Assembly (NCBI GenBank): GCA_965247095.1
Contig: OZ251997.1
Coordinates: forward strand, 480,001-544,000
Length of the DNA stretch: 64,000 nucleotides
Direction of reading: 5' to 3'
Source: Candidatus Multivorans sp.
GTDB lineage: Bacteria > Acidobacteriota > Thermoanaerobaculia > Multivoradales > Multivoraceae
In this document: positions 29,748 to 41,397 of the stretch, piece after piece
Position numbering within the stretch: the stretch's first letter is position 1
Layout of the letters: every line of letters starts with the position of its first letter
Made by a program: the position numbers and the translations under genes
Notes under the pieces: generated by a model
The model's database searches: none
What the model saw: only the letters and a program-made list of their open reading frames with translations
What the model was told of the DNA's origin: nothing

Positions 29748-30599
29748 ATGGAAGTGCAACGCGTTGGCATCGTCGGCTGCGGTCTCATGGGCCGGGGCAT
29801 TGCAGAGATCTGTTCGCGGGCCGGCATCCCGGTCACGGTCAGGGAGATCAACCAGGAAGTGCTCGATGCCGGGCTCGGCGCGGTGCGCGCGTCCCTGGCC
29901 AAGAGTCTGGAGAAGCGGCGTATCGACGCCGAGGAGCACGACCGGGCGATCTCGAACCTGAGCGGCACGGTCGACCTTGCGGATCTCGCCGGTTGCGATC
30001 TGGTCGTCGAGGCGATCGTCGAGGACCTGGAGACGAAGCGCGAGCTGTTCGTCGCCCTGGACGACATGGTCGGTGACGACACGATCTTCGCGAGCAACAC
30101 GTCTTCGCTGACCCTGACGCAACTCGCCGCTTCGACATCGAGGCCGGACCTGTTCGTGGGGCTCCACTTCTTCAACCCGGTGCCGGCGATGCGGCTGGTT
30201 GAGGTCGTTCGCACCCTGATGACGTCGGACGAGGCGTACGACGCCTGCTGGCGTCTCGCCGAGAGGATCGGAAAGACGCCGGTTGGGTGCAAGGACAACT
30301 CCGGTTTCATCGTCAACCGGCTGCTGGTTCCTTACCTGCTCGATGCAATCCGCGCCTATGAGAACGGCATCGGCTCTCTTTCGGACATCGACACCGCGAT
30401 GAAGCTCGGCTGCGGCTATCCGATGGGGCCGTTCACCCTGTGCGATTTCATCGGCCTGGACACGATGTACTACGTCGCCAACATCATGTTCGACGAGTAC
30501 CGGGAGACCCGCTTCGCCCCGCCGACACTGCTCAAGCAGATGGTCCAGGCCGGGCGCCTGGGACGCAAGACCGGCAAGGGGTTCTTTGACTACCGCTGA
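29748..30599 (+). CDS. 3-hydroxybutyryl-CoA dehydrogenase
   Basis: GCGLMGRGIA, VEAIVE, ASNTSSL, GLHFFNPVP, GFIVNRLL, YPMGPF. Confidence 0.93.
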   Translation: MEVQRVGIVGCGLMGRGIAEICSRAGIPVTVREINQEVLDAGLGAVRASLAKSLEKRRIDAEEHDRAISNLSGTVDLADLAGCDLVVEAIVEDLETKRELFVALDDMVGDDTIFASNTSSLTLTQLAASTSRPDLFVGLHFFNPVPAMRLVEVVRTLMTSDEAYDACWRLAERIGKTPVGCKDNSGFIVNRLLVPYLLDAIRAYENGIGSLSDIDTAMKLGCGYPMGPFTLCDFIGLDTMYYVANIMFDEYRETRFAPPTLLKQMVQAGRLGRKTGKGFFDYR

Positions 30600-31590
30600 A
30601 CCGGCGCAGGCCAGAGCGCAGTTGATCCTGCCCGAGGGGTCGGTGCAGGCGATCTGCGGCGCCAACGACGAGAATCTGCGACGGGTCGAGAAGGCGCTTC
30701 AGGTGACCCTCGGCGTGCGCGGATCGGCGGTTCAGATCCAGGGTACGGCGAAGGCGGTGGGCCAGGCGGAGCGCCTGCTCACCGATCTCGGCGCGCTGGC
30801 CGCGAGTGGCCGCCGTCTGAGCGGCGGCGATCTGGCGACCGCGCTGCGAGTGGTGGCCGAGGAGCCGGCGGCCTCGCTGGTCGACTTCTTCAAGACCGGG
30901 GCGTTGATCCAGGCCTCGCATCGCCTCGTCGCTCCTCGGAGCCTGAACCAGAAGCGCTACCTGCGCGCTATGCTGGACCACGATCTGGTCATCTCGACCG
31001 GGCCGGCGGGCACGGGCAAGACCTACCTGGCGGTGGCGGTGGCGGCTTCCGCGCTCAAGCAGGAAAAGGTCCGGCGCATTGTGCTGGCCCGGCCGGCGGT
31101 CGAAGCGGGCGAGAAGCTCGGGTTTCTGCCCGGCGACCTGGCGGAGAAGGTGAATCCCTACCTGCGGCCGCTCTACGATGCTCTCTACGACATTATCGGC
31201 TTCGACAAGGTGTCGCGGATGATGGAACGCGAGGTGATCGAGGTGGCGCCGCTCGCCTTCATGAGGGGTCGCTCGCTCAACGACAGCTTCATCATCCTCG
31301 ACGAGGCGCAGAACACGACGCCGGAGCAGATGAAGATGTTCCTGACCCGCATCGGCTTCAACTCGAAGGCGGTGGTCAACGGCGACATCACGCAGGTCGA
31401 CCTCCCGCCCGGCCAGCAGTCGGGGCTGAAGCATGCACTCGAGGTGCTTCGCGGCGAGGAGGGCATTGAATTCGTGCGCTTCGGGCGGTCCGACGTGGTC
31501 CGCCACGAACTCGTACAGCGGGTCGTCGGCGCCTATGACCGCTGGGAGGCTCGTTTCGGTCCCGACTCGGGGCGGCAGGAGGCTCGGTGA
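30586..31590 (+). CDS. PhoH family ATPase (YbeZ-like)
   Basis: GPAGTGKTYLA, RPAVEAGEKLGFLPGDL, PLAFMRGR, DEAQN, DVVRH. Confidence 0.93.
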   Translation: MTTAEPAQARAQLILPEGSVQAICGANDENLRRVEKALQVTLGVRGSAVQIQGTAKAVGQAERLLTDLGALAASGRRLSGGDLATALRVVAEEPAASLVDFFKTGALIQASHRLVAPRSLNQKRYLRAMLDHDLVISTGPAGTGKTYLAVAVAASALKQEKVRRIVLARPAVEAGEKLGFLPGDLAEKVNPYLRPLYDALYDIIGFDKVSRMMEREVIEVAPLAFMRGRSLNDSFIILDEAQNTTPEQMKMFLTRIGFNSKAVVNGDITQVDLPPGQQSGLKHALEVLRGEEGIEFVRFGRSDVVRHELVQRVVGAYDRWEARFGPDSGRQEAR

Positions 31591-34004
31591 GCCCGTCGGC
31601 GAAGACGCCGCGGCGACGCCGGACCGGGCGTCGGCGGGAGGCTCGCAAGCGGCTGCGGCGCAGCATGTTCCGGCGCCACGGCGAACGGCTGACCGTCGCC
31701 GGCCTGTGGCACTGGTTGCTGGAGCTCGATGTCGTCTGGGTCGTGTTCATGGTCGTGGCAGGCACCTGGATCATGGCCCCGGCCGGCGTCTTCTTCGGTC
31801 CGGATCTGAGCGAAGGCGACATCGCGAACCGCGACCATCACGCGACGCGCGATGTCCTGATCCTGGATGAGGCGACCTCGGAGGAGCTGAAGCAGCGGGC
31901 CCGTTCGGCGCTCCGGCCGCTGTACGACTTCGACGCCGCCTTGGCTGAGGAGGTCGAGGGCCGGATCGGGCGGCTGTTCGAGATCGAGCGGGGGTTCGAC
32001 GAGGTGGCGGAACTCCTGCCGGAGGAGGACGTGGCCTCCGAACGGCTGCGGCGACTGAGGGAGGGCAGCGATCTGCGCGTCGACGAAGGCCACGCGGACC
32101 TGCTTGCCGCCCGCGTCGGCGATCAGGACGAAAGCGCCGAGTTGGAGGAACGCCTCGTTCGCCTGGTCGGTTTTCTGCTTCGGGCAGGGATCGTGGAGAA
32201 CAAGGAGACCCTGCTCCAGAACCGGCTCGAGGGGGTGACGTTGCGCAACCAGCAGACCGGGGAGGAGTCGGTCCAGTTCGACCTCTTCGGCTTCCGCGGG
32301 TACCCGGTTGAGGTGGAGAGCTACCTGGAAGCGGAAGTCGGCCGCTGGGGCGGCTGGTCCCGGGCCGATCGGGCGACGGTCGTCGACTTTCTGATGGTCA
32401 ACCTGACCCCGAACGTCTACCTGAACCTGAACGAGACCCAGGAGCGCCGGAACGCGGCCGCGGAGGCGGTCGGACAGGTGTTCAGCCAGATCCGGGCGGG
32501 CCAGGTCATCGTGCGCAAGGGCGACGAGGTCGACCTGGAAGCCATCAACCTGTTGCGGGAGATGACGGGCAGCGAGCGGCCGCTGACCCTGCTCCGATCG
32601 CCCCTGGCGTCCGCCCTGATGCTGGGGCTGGCGGTGGCGTTCCTGTGGATCGCGTTCCGGCGCAAGCGGCTGGTTACCGTCGAGGCCCGCGCCTTCGGCA
32701 GCGTCGTGCTGTTGCTGATCCTGGGTCTCCTGGCGACCCGTTTCGGCTTCGTGGTCGCGGACGCGCTCGCCGCCTCGTTCGAGATCGAGGCGCTCAGCTC
32801 CGCGCGGAGCTACGGCTTCACGATTCCGTTCGCCGCGGTCGCACTCCTGGTGTCCGTGCTCTACGGCCGCGGCGCCGGGTTGCTTGCCGGCCTGGTGTTC
32901 TCCGTTCTGGTCGGGCGTCTCGGATGGGCGGAGGCAGCCACCTCACAGCTTGGGTTGGCGGGCGGCACCATGCTCTACGCGCTGACCGGCAGCCTCGCCG
33001 CCGTGTTCGCGCTCGATCAACTGAAGCAACGGTCCGCGGTGATCAGGGCGGGCCTGCTGGTCGGGCTCGTCAACATGGCTTCGGTGACCGTGGTGACGCT
33101 GCTGGACACGAACGGCGCCACGTTCGTCGGCTGGGGCTTCGAACTGCTCTGCGGACTCCTCGGCGGCCTGCTGGTCGCGGCCGCGGTCGGCTTCGCGATC
33201 CCGGTGTTCGAGGCGATGTTGTTCCTGACCACGGACATGAAGCTGATGGAGCTCTCCGACACGAATCTGCCGCTCCTGCAGCGCGTTGCCTTCGAGGCGC
33301 CCGGCACCTTCCAGCACTCCCTGATGGTCGCCAATCTGGCCAAGGCGGGCTGTGAGGCCGTGGGCGCGAACCCGACGCTGGCGTATGTGGGAGGCCTCTA
33401 CCACGACATCGGCAAGGTGATGCGGCCGCAGTATTTCGTGGAGAACCAGCGCGACGCAGACAACCTGCACGACAACCTTGCGCCTTCGATGTCGGCGCTG
33501 ATCCTCGTCGATCACGTGAAGGAGGGCGTCCGCCTGGCGCGGGAGCATGGCCTGCCGCAGCCGATCGTGGACGCGATCGAACAGCACCACGGCACGCGCA
33601 CCCTCGCCTACTTCCTCGACCGGGCGAAGAAACGGGCTGAGCCGGGCCAGACGATCAACGAGCACCAGTACCGCTATATGGGCCCCATGCCCCAGAACAA
33701 GACGATGGGCGTGCTGATGGTCGCCGATACGGTGGAGGCCGCGAGCCGCACCCTCAAGGACTTCTCCGAGGAGTCGATCCGAGCGTTGGTTGCGCGTCTG
33801 TTGGACGACATCGTCGAGGATGGTCAGTTGGATCAGACGGATCTGACCCTTTCCGACCTGCGCCGGCTGAGCTACACCCTGCACAACGTCCTGAAGACGA
33901 TCCACCACCACCGGGTGGAGTATCCCGGCTTCGAATGGGGCAGGGAGAGTCGCGGTTCTCTCCGAGTTCTTCCCGGCGGCGCGGAGAGCGGCGGGTCCGA
34001 CTGA
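31587..34004 (+). CDS. 7TM-HD (HDIG) membrane phosphohydrolase, PgpH-like
   Basis: Extracellular domain, about 7 TM helices, APGTFQHS, YHDIGK, HV.EG, QHHGT, DTVEAASR. Confidence 0.9.
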   Translation: MSPSAKTPRRRRTGRRREARKRLRRSMFRRHGERLTVAGLWHWLLELDVVWVVFMVVAGTWIMAPAGVFFGPDLSEGDIANRDHHATRDVLILDEATSEELKQRARSALRPLYDFDAALAEEVEGRIGRLFEIERGFDEVAELLPEEDVASERLRRLREGSDLRVDEGHADLLAARVGDQDESAELEERLVRLVGFLLRAGIVENKETLLQNRLEGVTLRNQQTGEESVQFDLFGFRGYPVEVESYLEAEVGRWGGWSRADRATVVDFLMVNLTPNVYLNLNETQERRNAAAEAVGQVFSQIRAGQVIVRKGDEVDLEAINLLREMTGSERPLTLLRSPLASALMLGLAVAFLWIAFRRKRLVTVEARAFGSVVLLLILGLLATRFGFVVADALAASFEIEALSSARSYGFTIPFAAVALLVSVLYGRGAGLLAGLVFSVLVGRLGWAEAATSQLGLAGGTMLYALTGSLAAVFALDQLKQRSAVIRAGLLVGLVNMASVTVVTLLDTNGATFVGWGFELLCGLLGGLLVAAAVGFAIPVFEAMLFLTTDMKLMELSDTNLPLLQRVAFEAPGTFQHSLMVANLAKAGCEAVGANPTLAYVGGLYHDIGKVMRPQYFVENQRDADNLHDNLAPSMSALILVDHVKEGVRLAREHGLPQPIVDAIEQHHGTRTLAYFLDRAKKRAEPGQTINEHQYRYMGPMPQNKTMGVLMVADTVEAASRTLKDFSEESIRALVARLLDDIVEDGQLDQTDLTLSDLRRLSYTLHNVLKTIHHHRVEYPGFEWGRESRGSLRVLPGGAESGGSD

Positions 34005-34012
34005 TCCCCAAC

Positions 34013-35323
34013 GTGGCGACCATCGATCTGCAGGTTGAGGCCTCCGTGGAGGCCAGGTGCCGGGCCCTGGCGCCCGGTCTTCGCCGCGTCGCTCACGATG
34101 TGGTCGCGGAACTGGCGCCGGCCCCGGCCACGCTGACCCTGCGCCTCACAGGCGACGACGAGATCCGGGAGTTGAACCGCCGCTACCGGACGGTCGATGC
34201 GTCGACCGACGTGCTCTCGTTTCCCGGCGAGACGACTCCGGAGGGGCGGCACCTGGGCGATGTCGTGATCTCGGTGGAGAAGGCCGTGGCGCGCAGCGGC
34301 GCCGCTCTCGAGCGGGAGCTCCAGGTGCTCGTACTGCACGGCATCCTGCACTGCCTGGGCTACGACCATGAGACGGACGACGGCGAGATGGAGGCCCTGG
34401 AGCAGCGGCTGCGGGCGCACTTCCTGGGGCCGTACAGGACCGGAACGGTGGCGTTCGTGGGCCGTCCGAACGCGGGCAAGTCGACGCTGATGAACCGGAT
34501 GCTGGGCGAGAAGCTGGCGATCGTCTCCGACAAGCCGCAGACCACCCGCCACCGATTGATCGGCATCCTGACCACGGAACGCGGCCAGATGGTGTTCCAC
34601 GACACGCCCGGCCTGCACCGGCCCCTGCACCGGTTGAACCGCAGCATGGTCCACGCCGCCTCCGCGGCACTCAACGAGGCCGATGTCGTATGCCTGGTCC
34701 GCGACGTGGCGGTTCCGTTCGGCAAGGGCGAGGCCTACGCTCTCGATCTCGTCGGCGCCGCGGCGGCAGCCGGACCGGAGCGTCCCATGCTGTGCCTGCT
34801 GAACAAGATCGACCAGGTCAAGAAGCACCGGCTGTTGCCCGAGATCGAGCGCTATGCCGGCCGCGGCGTGTTCAAGGAGATCGTGCCCATCTCGGCGCTC
34901 ACCGGAGACGGCGTGGAACAGGTCCTGGAGATCCTCTGGCAACACCTTCCGGCGGGCGAGCCGCAGCACGATCCCGAGCTTCTGACCGTGCACACCGAAC
35001 GCTTCCTGGTGGCGGAGATGATTCGGGAGAAGGTGCTCGAACAGACGCGGGATGAGTTGCCCTTCACGACCGCCGTCGTCGTCGAGGCCTGGGAGGACGG
35101 CGACAAGCGGACGGAACTGTTCGCCAACATCCTGGTCGACCGGGACAGCCACAAGGGCATCGTGATCGGTCGCGGCGGCAAACGGATCAAGGAGATAGGC
35201 ACCGCGGCCCGCCGGGATCTGGAGGACTTCCTGGGGCGGCGGGTGTACCTGGATTTGCAGGTCAGGACCCACCCGGGATGGCGCGAGGACACAGCCGTGC
35301 TCCACCGCCTGGAGCCGGGCTAG
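34013..35323 (+). CDS. YbeY endoribonuclease - Era GTPase fusion protein
   Basis: YbeY LNRRYR, TDVLSFP, LGDVVIS, HGILHCLGYDH in frame with Era GRPNAGKS, PQTTR, DTPG, NKID and KH VIGRGGKRIKEIG. Confidence 0.9.
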   Translation: MATIDLQVEASVEARCRALAPGLRRVAHDVVAELAPAPATLTLRLTGDDEIRELNRRYRTVDASTDVLSFPGETTPEGRHLGDVVISVEKAVARSGAALERELQVLVLHGILHCLGYDHETDDGEMEALEQRLRAHFLGPYRTGTVAFVGRPNAGKSTLMNRMLGEKLAIVSDKPQTTRHRLIGILTTERGQMVFHDTPGLHRPLHRLNRSMVHAASAALNEADVVCLVRDVAVPFGKGEAYALDLVGAAAAAGPERPMLCLLNKIDQVKKHRLLPEIERYAGRGVFKEIVPISALTGDGVEQVLEILWQHLPAGEPQHDPELLTVHTERFLVAEMIREKVLEQTRDELPFTTAVVVEAWEDGDKRTELFANILVDRDSHKGIVIGRGGKRIKEIGTAARRDLEDFLGRRVYLDLQVRTHPGWREDTAVLHRLEPG

Positions 35324-35479
35324 GAGGGTGGGCGGCGCTGTGGGTTGCCAGTTGATGGACTCGCTGATAGACAGGCGGCCAAAGCGCTTTCGTGCATGCA
35401 GGAATCGGTCGAGTCGGCGGCTCGGCTACATCGCTTCGGCGCGGTTTCACCGCGGTAAGGACAAGCAAAGGAGGACTTC

Positions 35480-36901
<1,422 letters not shown>

Positions 36902-36909
36902 GAGTATTC

Positions 36910-38256
36910 GTGCAAGCCTTAGCGATTCGCACCTTCGGCATCGTGCTGGGGTTGACGTTGACCGCGCCGGCCATCGCCGACGACTGGCCGCAGTGGCGGG
37001 GCGCCGACCGCTCCGGCGTGTGGCAGGAGGACGGCGTCCTGGAGCAATTCCCCGAAGGGGGGCTCGAGGTCGTCTGGCGGGTACCTATCCACGGCGGCTA
37101 CTCGGGCCCGGTGGTGGCGGACGGCCGCGTGCTCGTCACCGACTGGCGGCGCGTTGAAGGCACGCGCGCCATCACCGGGAAGGAACGCGTGCTGGCGCTC
37201 GACGAGGAGACCGGCGAGGTGCTCTGGAGTTACGAGTGGGACGTGAACTACTCCGCGCTCCAGCAGAGCTACGCGATCGGCCCGCGCTCCACACCGGCCG
37301 TCGACGGCGACCGCGTGTACGTCATGGGCGCGGTCGGTCACCTGTTCGCGCTGAATGCGGAGACGGGCGACGTGATCTGGAGCTACGACTCGGTGGAGCA
37401 GGGCGATGCCAGCATCACGATCTGGGGGTTCGCCAGTTCGCCGCTCGTGCACGGCGACCTGCTGATCCAGATCGTGGGCGCTGAGCCGGACGGCAAGGTG
37501 GTCGCGTTCAACAAGCACACGGGCGAGGAGGTCTGGCGGTCGCTGTCTTCGGACTGGGAGATGGGCTACGGCCAGCCGATGATCTTCGAACGCGGCGGCG
37601 TGGACCAGCTCATCGTCTGGGAGCCGCAGGCGGTCAACTCGCTCAATCCGGCGACCGGCGAGGTCTACTGGACCGTGCCCTGGGAGGTCGCCTCCGGGAT
37701 GACCGTGACGACCCCGGTGATCGACGGCAACCGGCTCCTGTTCAGCCAGTTCTACCGCGGTTCCCTGTTGCTCGAGTTCGACGAGGAGAAGCCTGAGGTC
37801 ACGGAGCTCTGGCGCGGCAAGAGCCGCAGCGAGATGCCGGAGGAGACGGAGGGGCTTCACGCCCTGATCACCACGCCGATCCTCGAGGGCGACACGATCT
37901 ACGGCGTCTGCAGCTACGGCCAGTTGCGCGGCCTCGACGCCTCGGACGGTTCACGGCTCTGGGAGAGCGACAAGATGACCCGCCAGGGGCGCTGGGGCGC
38001 CGCCTTCATGGTGAAGCACGGCGACCGCTGGTTCGTGAACAACGATGTCGGCGACCTGATCATCGCCCGCTTCACCCGCGACGGGTACGAGGAGATCGAC
38101 CGCGCCAAGCTGATCGAGCCGACCGCGCGGTCCGGCTTCGGGCCCCGGCGGTTCTACGACGCGATGGTCAACTGGTCCCACCCGGCCTACGCCAACCGTC
38201 ACATCATTGCCCGCAATGACGCGGAGATCATTCGTGTCTCCCTGGCTGCCGAGTAG
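36910..38256 (+). CDS. PQQ-like beta-propeller repeat protein (secreted)
   Basis: Signal peptide, DWPQWRG, GYSGPVV, GPRSTP, SSPLV, WSHPAYAN. Confidence 0.85.
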   Translation: MQALAIRTFGIVLGLTLTAPAIADDWPQWRGADRSGVWQEDGVLEQFPEGGLEVVWRVPIHGGYSGPVVADGRVLVTDWRRVEGTRAITGKERVLALDEETGEVLWSYEWDVNYSALQQSYAIGPRSTPAVDGDRVYVMGAVGHLFALNAETGDVIWSYDSVEQGDASITIWGFASSPLVHGDLLIQIVGAEPDGKVVAFNKHTGEEVWRSLSSDWEMGYGQPMIFERGGVDQLIVWEPQAVNSLNPATGEVYWTVPWEVASGMTVTTPVIDGNRLLFSQFYRGSLLLEFDEEKPEVTELWRGKSRSEMPEETEGLHALITTPILEGDTIYGVCSYGQLRGLDASDGSRLWESDKMTRQGRWGAAFMVKHGDRWFVNNDVGDLIIARFTRDGYEEIDRAKLIEPTARSGFGPRRFYDAMVNWSHPAYANRHIIARNDAEIIRVSLAAE

Positions 38257-38261
38257 CCGGC

Positions 38262-40202
38262 GTGGGTACTGAGGTGATGTCCGGCGGGTGGAACAGCGGC
38301 CGTCCGTCCACTGCGTGCGCCGGCCTCCTGGCCGGCATCCGGCCGGCCGTCGTCTTCGCGTCGATTGCGATCCTCGCAACCCTGCCAGCCGCCGCCCAGC
38401 AGGGCTCGGAGCGCTGGGCGCCGGCGATCGCGGCCTTCGAAGCACAGGACCGCGAGCAGCCGCCGCAGCCGGGCGGCACCATGTTCCTGGGTTCGTCGAG
38501 CATCCGGTTCTGGGACCTGGAGCGCTGGTTCCCCGCGAGCCGCTTCCCGGGGCTCCGGGCCACCAACCGCGGCTTCGGCGGCTCGCAGATCGCCGACTCC
38601 CTGCGCTACCTCGACCGCATCGTCTGGCCGCACCGCCCGTCGACCATCGTCTTCTACGCCGGCGACAACGACATCGCGGCCGGCAAGTCGGCCCAGGCCG
38701 TTGCCGCGGACTTTGCCGAGCTGAGCCGCCGGGTGTGGGCGAAGTTGCCCGAGGCCCGGCTCATCTACGTGGCGATCAAGCCGAGCCTGGCGCGCTGGCA
38801 GCTCGCCCCCGAGATGCGGTCCGCCAACGCGCTGATCGAGGCATCGGCGGAAGGAGAGCCGCGCCTGACCTTCCTCGACATCGATGCGCCGATGATCGGC
38901 GACGACGGCCGGCCGCGGCCGGAGCTCTTCGTTGCCGACGGTCTGCACTTGAGCGACGACGGCTACCGGCTGTGGACCGACCTGCTGGCGCCCCACTTCG
39001 ACTCCCGCGAACCCGCGGGGCCGGTGGGGGAGCTGATCTTCCCTCCAGAGCACTGGCACAACCATGGCTCTTCCCTGGTCGAGCTGCCCAACGGCGACCT
39101 GCTGGTGGCCTGGTTCCACGGTTCGGGCGAGCGGACCGCCGACGACGTGCGCATCCTGGGCGCCCGCATGAGCGCCGGCGCGACGACCTGGAGCGCGCCC
39201 TTCCTGCTCGCCGACACGCCCGGCTTCCCGGACACGAACTCCACCCTGCTGCTGGCGCCCGTGAGCGCCGGCGGCCACCGGCTGTGGCTGTTCTGGCCCA
39301 CGATCCAGGCGAATCTCTGGGAAAGCGCCCTGATGAAGTACAAGGTCTCGATCGACTTCGAGGGGGCCGGGCCGCCGGTCTGGCAGTGGCAGGACGTGCT
39401 GCACATGAAGCCCGGCGACGGTTTCCACGACCTCGTGGCGAGCCGGACCGACGAGTACTTCCGCAGCCTGGGCTTCACCGGCACCACGGATCCGGCCGCG
39501 CCCGAGGCGGTCCGGCGCTGGGCGGCGCACAACCTGGAACAGGCCGCGGACAAGCTGACCCGGCGGATCGGCTGGTTCACGCGCGCTCACCCGGTCGTCC
39601 TGCCCCTGCCCTCAGGCGGTCAGCGCCTGCTGGTTGGGCTCTACTCCGACGGCTTCAGTTTCGCCTCCGCGACCTACAGCGACGACGGCGGTCACAGTTG
39701 GACGATGAGTGAGCCGATCATCGGCGGCGGCAACATCCAGCCGGCGTTCGCTCTGCGCCGCGACGGCGCCCTGGTCGCCTTCATGCGCGACAACGGACCG
39801 CCGCCGAAGCGGGCCCACGTCGCCGAGTCGAACGACCTGGGTGTCACCTGGTCCATCGCCCGCGACCATCCCGACCTGGTCGAGACCGGCGCCGGGCTTG
39901 AGGTCCTGAGACTCGCGAGCGGCCGCTGGATCGTCGTCCACAACGACATCCCCGACGGCCGGTACCGACTCGCCGTGTCGGTGTCCGAGGACGAGGGCCG
40001 GACGTTCAAACACCGGCGCTACATCGAGCGCGAGGAGAAGGGCGTCGGCCGGTATCACTACCCATCGGTGATCCAGGCCCGGGACGGCCGCGTCCACGTG
40101 ACCTACAGCTATCACGTCGCCGGCGCGCTCGACGACGGCGGCCAGGGCAAGAGCATCAAGCACGTGAGCTTCGACGAGGCCTGGCTCCTCGGCGCAAGCT
40201 GA
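38262..40202 (+). CDS. SGNH/GDSL hydrolase - BNR (exo-sialidase-like) fusion protein
   Basis: FLGSSSI, NRGFGGS, YAGDND, DGLHL, then Asp-box repeats SDDGGHSW, SNDLGVTW, SEDEGRTF and YPS; start uncertain. Confidence 0.82.
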   Translation: MGTEVMSGGWNSGRPSTACAGLLAGIRPAVVFASIAILATLPAAAQQGSERWAPAIAAFEAQDREQPPQPGGTMFLGSSSIRFWDLERWFPASRFPGLRATNRGFGGSQIADSLRYLDRIVWPHRPSTIVFYAGDNDIAAGKSAQAVAADFAELSRRVWAKLPEARLIYVAIKPSLARWQLAPEMRSANALIEASAEGEPRLTFLDIDAPMIGDDGRPRPELFVADGLHLSDDGYRLWTDLLAPHFDSREPAGPVGELIFPPEHWHNHGSSLVELPNGDLLVAWFHGSGERTADDVRILGARMSAGATTWSAPFLLADTPGFPDTNSTLLLAPVSAGGHRLWLFWPTIQANLWESALMKYKVSIDFEGAGPPVWQWQDVLHMKPGDGFHDLVASRTDEYFRSLGFTGTTDPAAPEAVRRWAAHNLEQAADKLTRRIGWFTRAHPVVLPLPSGGQRLLVGLYSDGFSFASATYSDDGGHSWTMSEPIIGGGNIQPAFALRRDGALVAFMRDNGPPPKRAHVAESNDLGVTWSIARDHPDLVETGAGLEVLRLASGRWIVVHNDIPDGRYRLAVSVSEDEGRTFKHRRYIEREEKGVGRYHYPSVIQARDGRVHVTYSYHVAGALDDGGQGKSIKHVSFDEAWLLGAS

Positions 40203-40233
40203 CCACACAACACGTTCAACCGGGGGAGTTCCC

Positions 40234-40614
40234 ATGCGCCAACGACCGTTCTCCGTCGCCGCCCTGATCGCCACTCTCGGCCTCGCCCTGCTGTTCGGTT
40301 CCTGAAGGAGCGCATCTTCGATCCGCTGGGAATGGTCGACACGGACTTCTACGTCCCGGACGAGAAGCTCGACCGCTTCGCCGTGAACTACGTGCCCACG
40401 CCGGAGGGCGGCATGATGGTAGTCGACGATCCGGAGACCAGCGCCTACCGGCAGCCCCCCAAGGTCGAGATGGGGGGCTCCGGCCTGGTCGCCACCGCCG
40501 GCGACTACCTGCGCTTCGCCCGTCGGCATGGTGCTGACCCAGTTGCTGCCCACCGGCACCTATCCGCTCCGCCCGACGATGGAGGTGCTGACGTACCAGG
40601 CGATCGTGGAGTAG
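40234..40614 (+). pseudogene. Internally deleted serine hydrolase (beta-lactamase family) remnant
   Basis: Signal-peptide start at 40234; another frame gives FLKERIFDPLGMVDTDF...GGSGLVATAGDYLRFA; a further frame gives LTQLLP..YPLR...TYQAIVE*; the SxxK region is missing. Confidence 0.75.
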
Positions 40615-40741
40615 GGGCGGCGGGGGGCCGAAGACGATTGAGTACCATCGCCTCAACTGGACACTTTTTCTGTCTGGTCGTATAGTCTGACCGTTTCAGG
40701 CCCTCGACTTGGGCCTGCCGAAGAACCGCCAGGAGGTGACG

Positions 40742-40963
40742 ATGAGCCGTACGTTGGGCGCCGCCCAGTTCAAGGAACAGTGCCTCGCGATCCTCGATCA
40801 GGTGGGGCCCGAGGGCATCGTGATCACGAAGCATGGGCGGCCCGTGGCGAAGTTGATTCCGATCGTGGGCACGTCGGAGCACCTGATCGGTAGTTTGCGC
40901 GGGAAGCTCCGGATCGTGGGCGACACGATGAGTACCGGGGTCAAGTGGGATGCTGAATCTTGA
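40742..40963 (+). CDS. Phd/YefM family antitoxin
   Basis: AAQFKEQCLAILDQV, IVITKHGRPVAKLIP; AGGAGG RBS. Confidence 0.9.
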   Translation: MSRTLGAAQFKEQCLAILDQVGPEGIVITKHGRPVAKLIPIVGTSEHLIGSLRGKLRIVGDTMSTGVKWDAES

Positions 40964-41330
40964 TACCCACATCCTGATTGACGCGCTTGAAGGAACCCTG
41001 AAGCCCTCGGAGCGTCGGATCCTGGCGGGCGACCGCTGGAGCATCTCGGCGATCGTTCTCTGGGAGTTGGCCAAGCTCGCTCAGTTGGGTCGCATCGAGT
41101 TTGACTTCGACGACCGTCGGATCGGGAGGACGCTGCGCCAGATCCATACGTGGCCGCTGACGGTAGAGGTCTGTCGCGCCAGTTGTCAGCTCGACTTCAG
41201 AAGTGATCCAGCAGACGAACTGATCGCCGCGACCAGCATCGTCCACGACGTTCCGCTGGTTACCCGGGATCGGATGGTCCTTGGGTCCGGGTTGGTGCCG
41301 CTGGCGGGCGGCGGAGAAGCCGCTCGGTGA
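40950..41330 (+). CDS. vapC: VapC/PIN-domain toxin
   Basis: LDTHILI, SAIVLWEL, DPADELIAAT, LVTRD; overlaps the antitoxin. Confidence 0.9.
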   Translation: MLNLDTHILIDALEGTLKPSERRILAGDRWSISAIVLWELAKLAQLGRIEFDFDDRRIGRTLRQIHTWPLTVEVCRASCQLDFRSDPADELIAATSIVHDVPLVTRDRMVLGSGLVPLAGGGEAAR

Positions 41331-41397
41331 TCCGCCCAGCAGATCAACCAAGCCTTTGCCCCTGCGCTCACAGCATGAGCGGGCGCGAGGAGGCCGC

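Noticed and set aside
35324-35479. Sigma-54 promoter or nitrogen-regulator box upstream of glnA
   Set aside because: No convincing TGGCAC-N5-TTGC or palindromic operator could be read.
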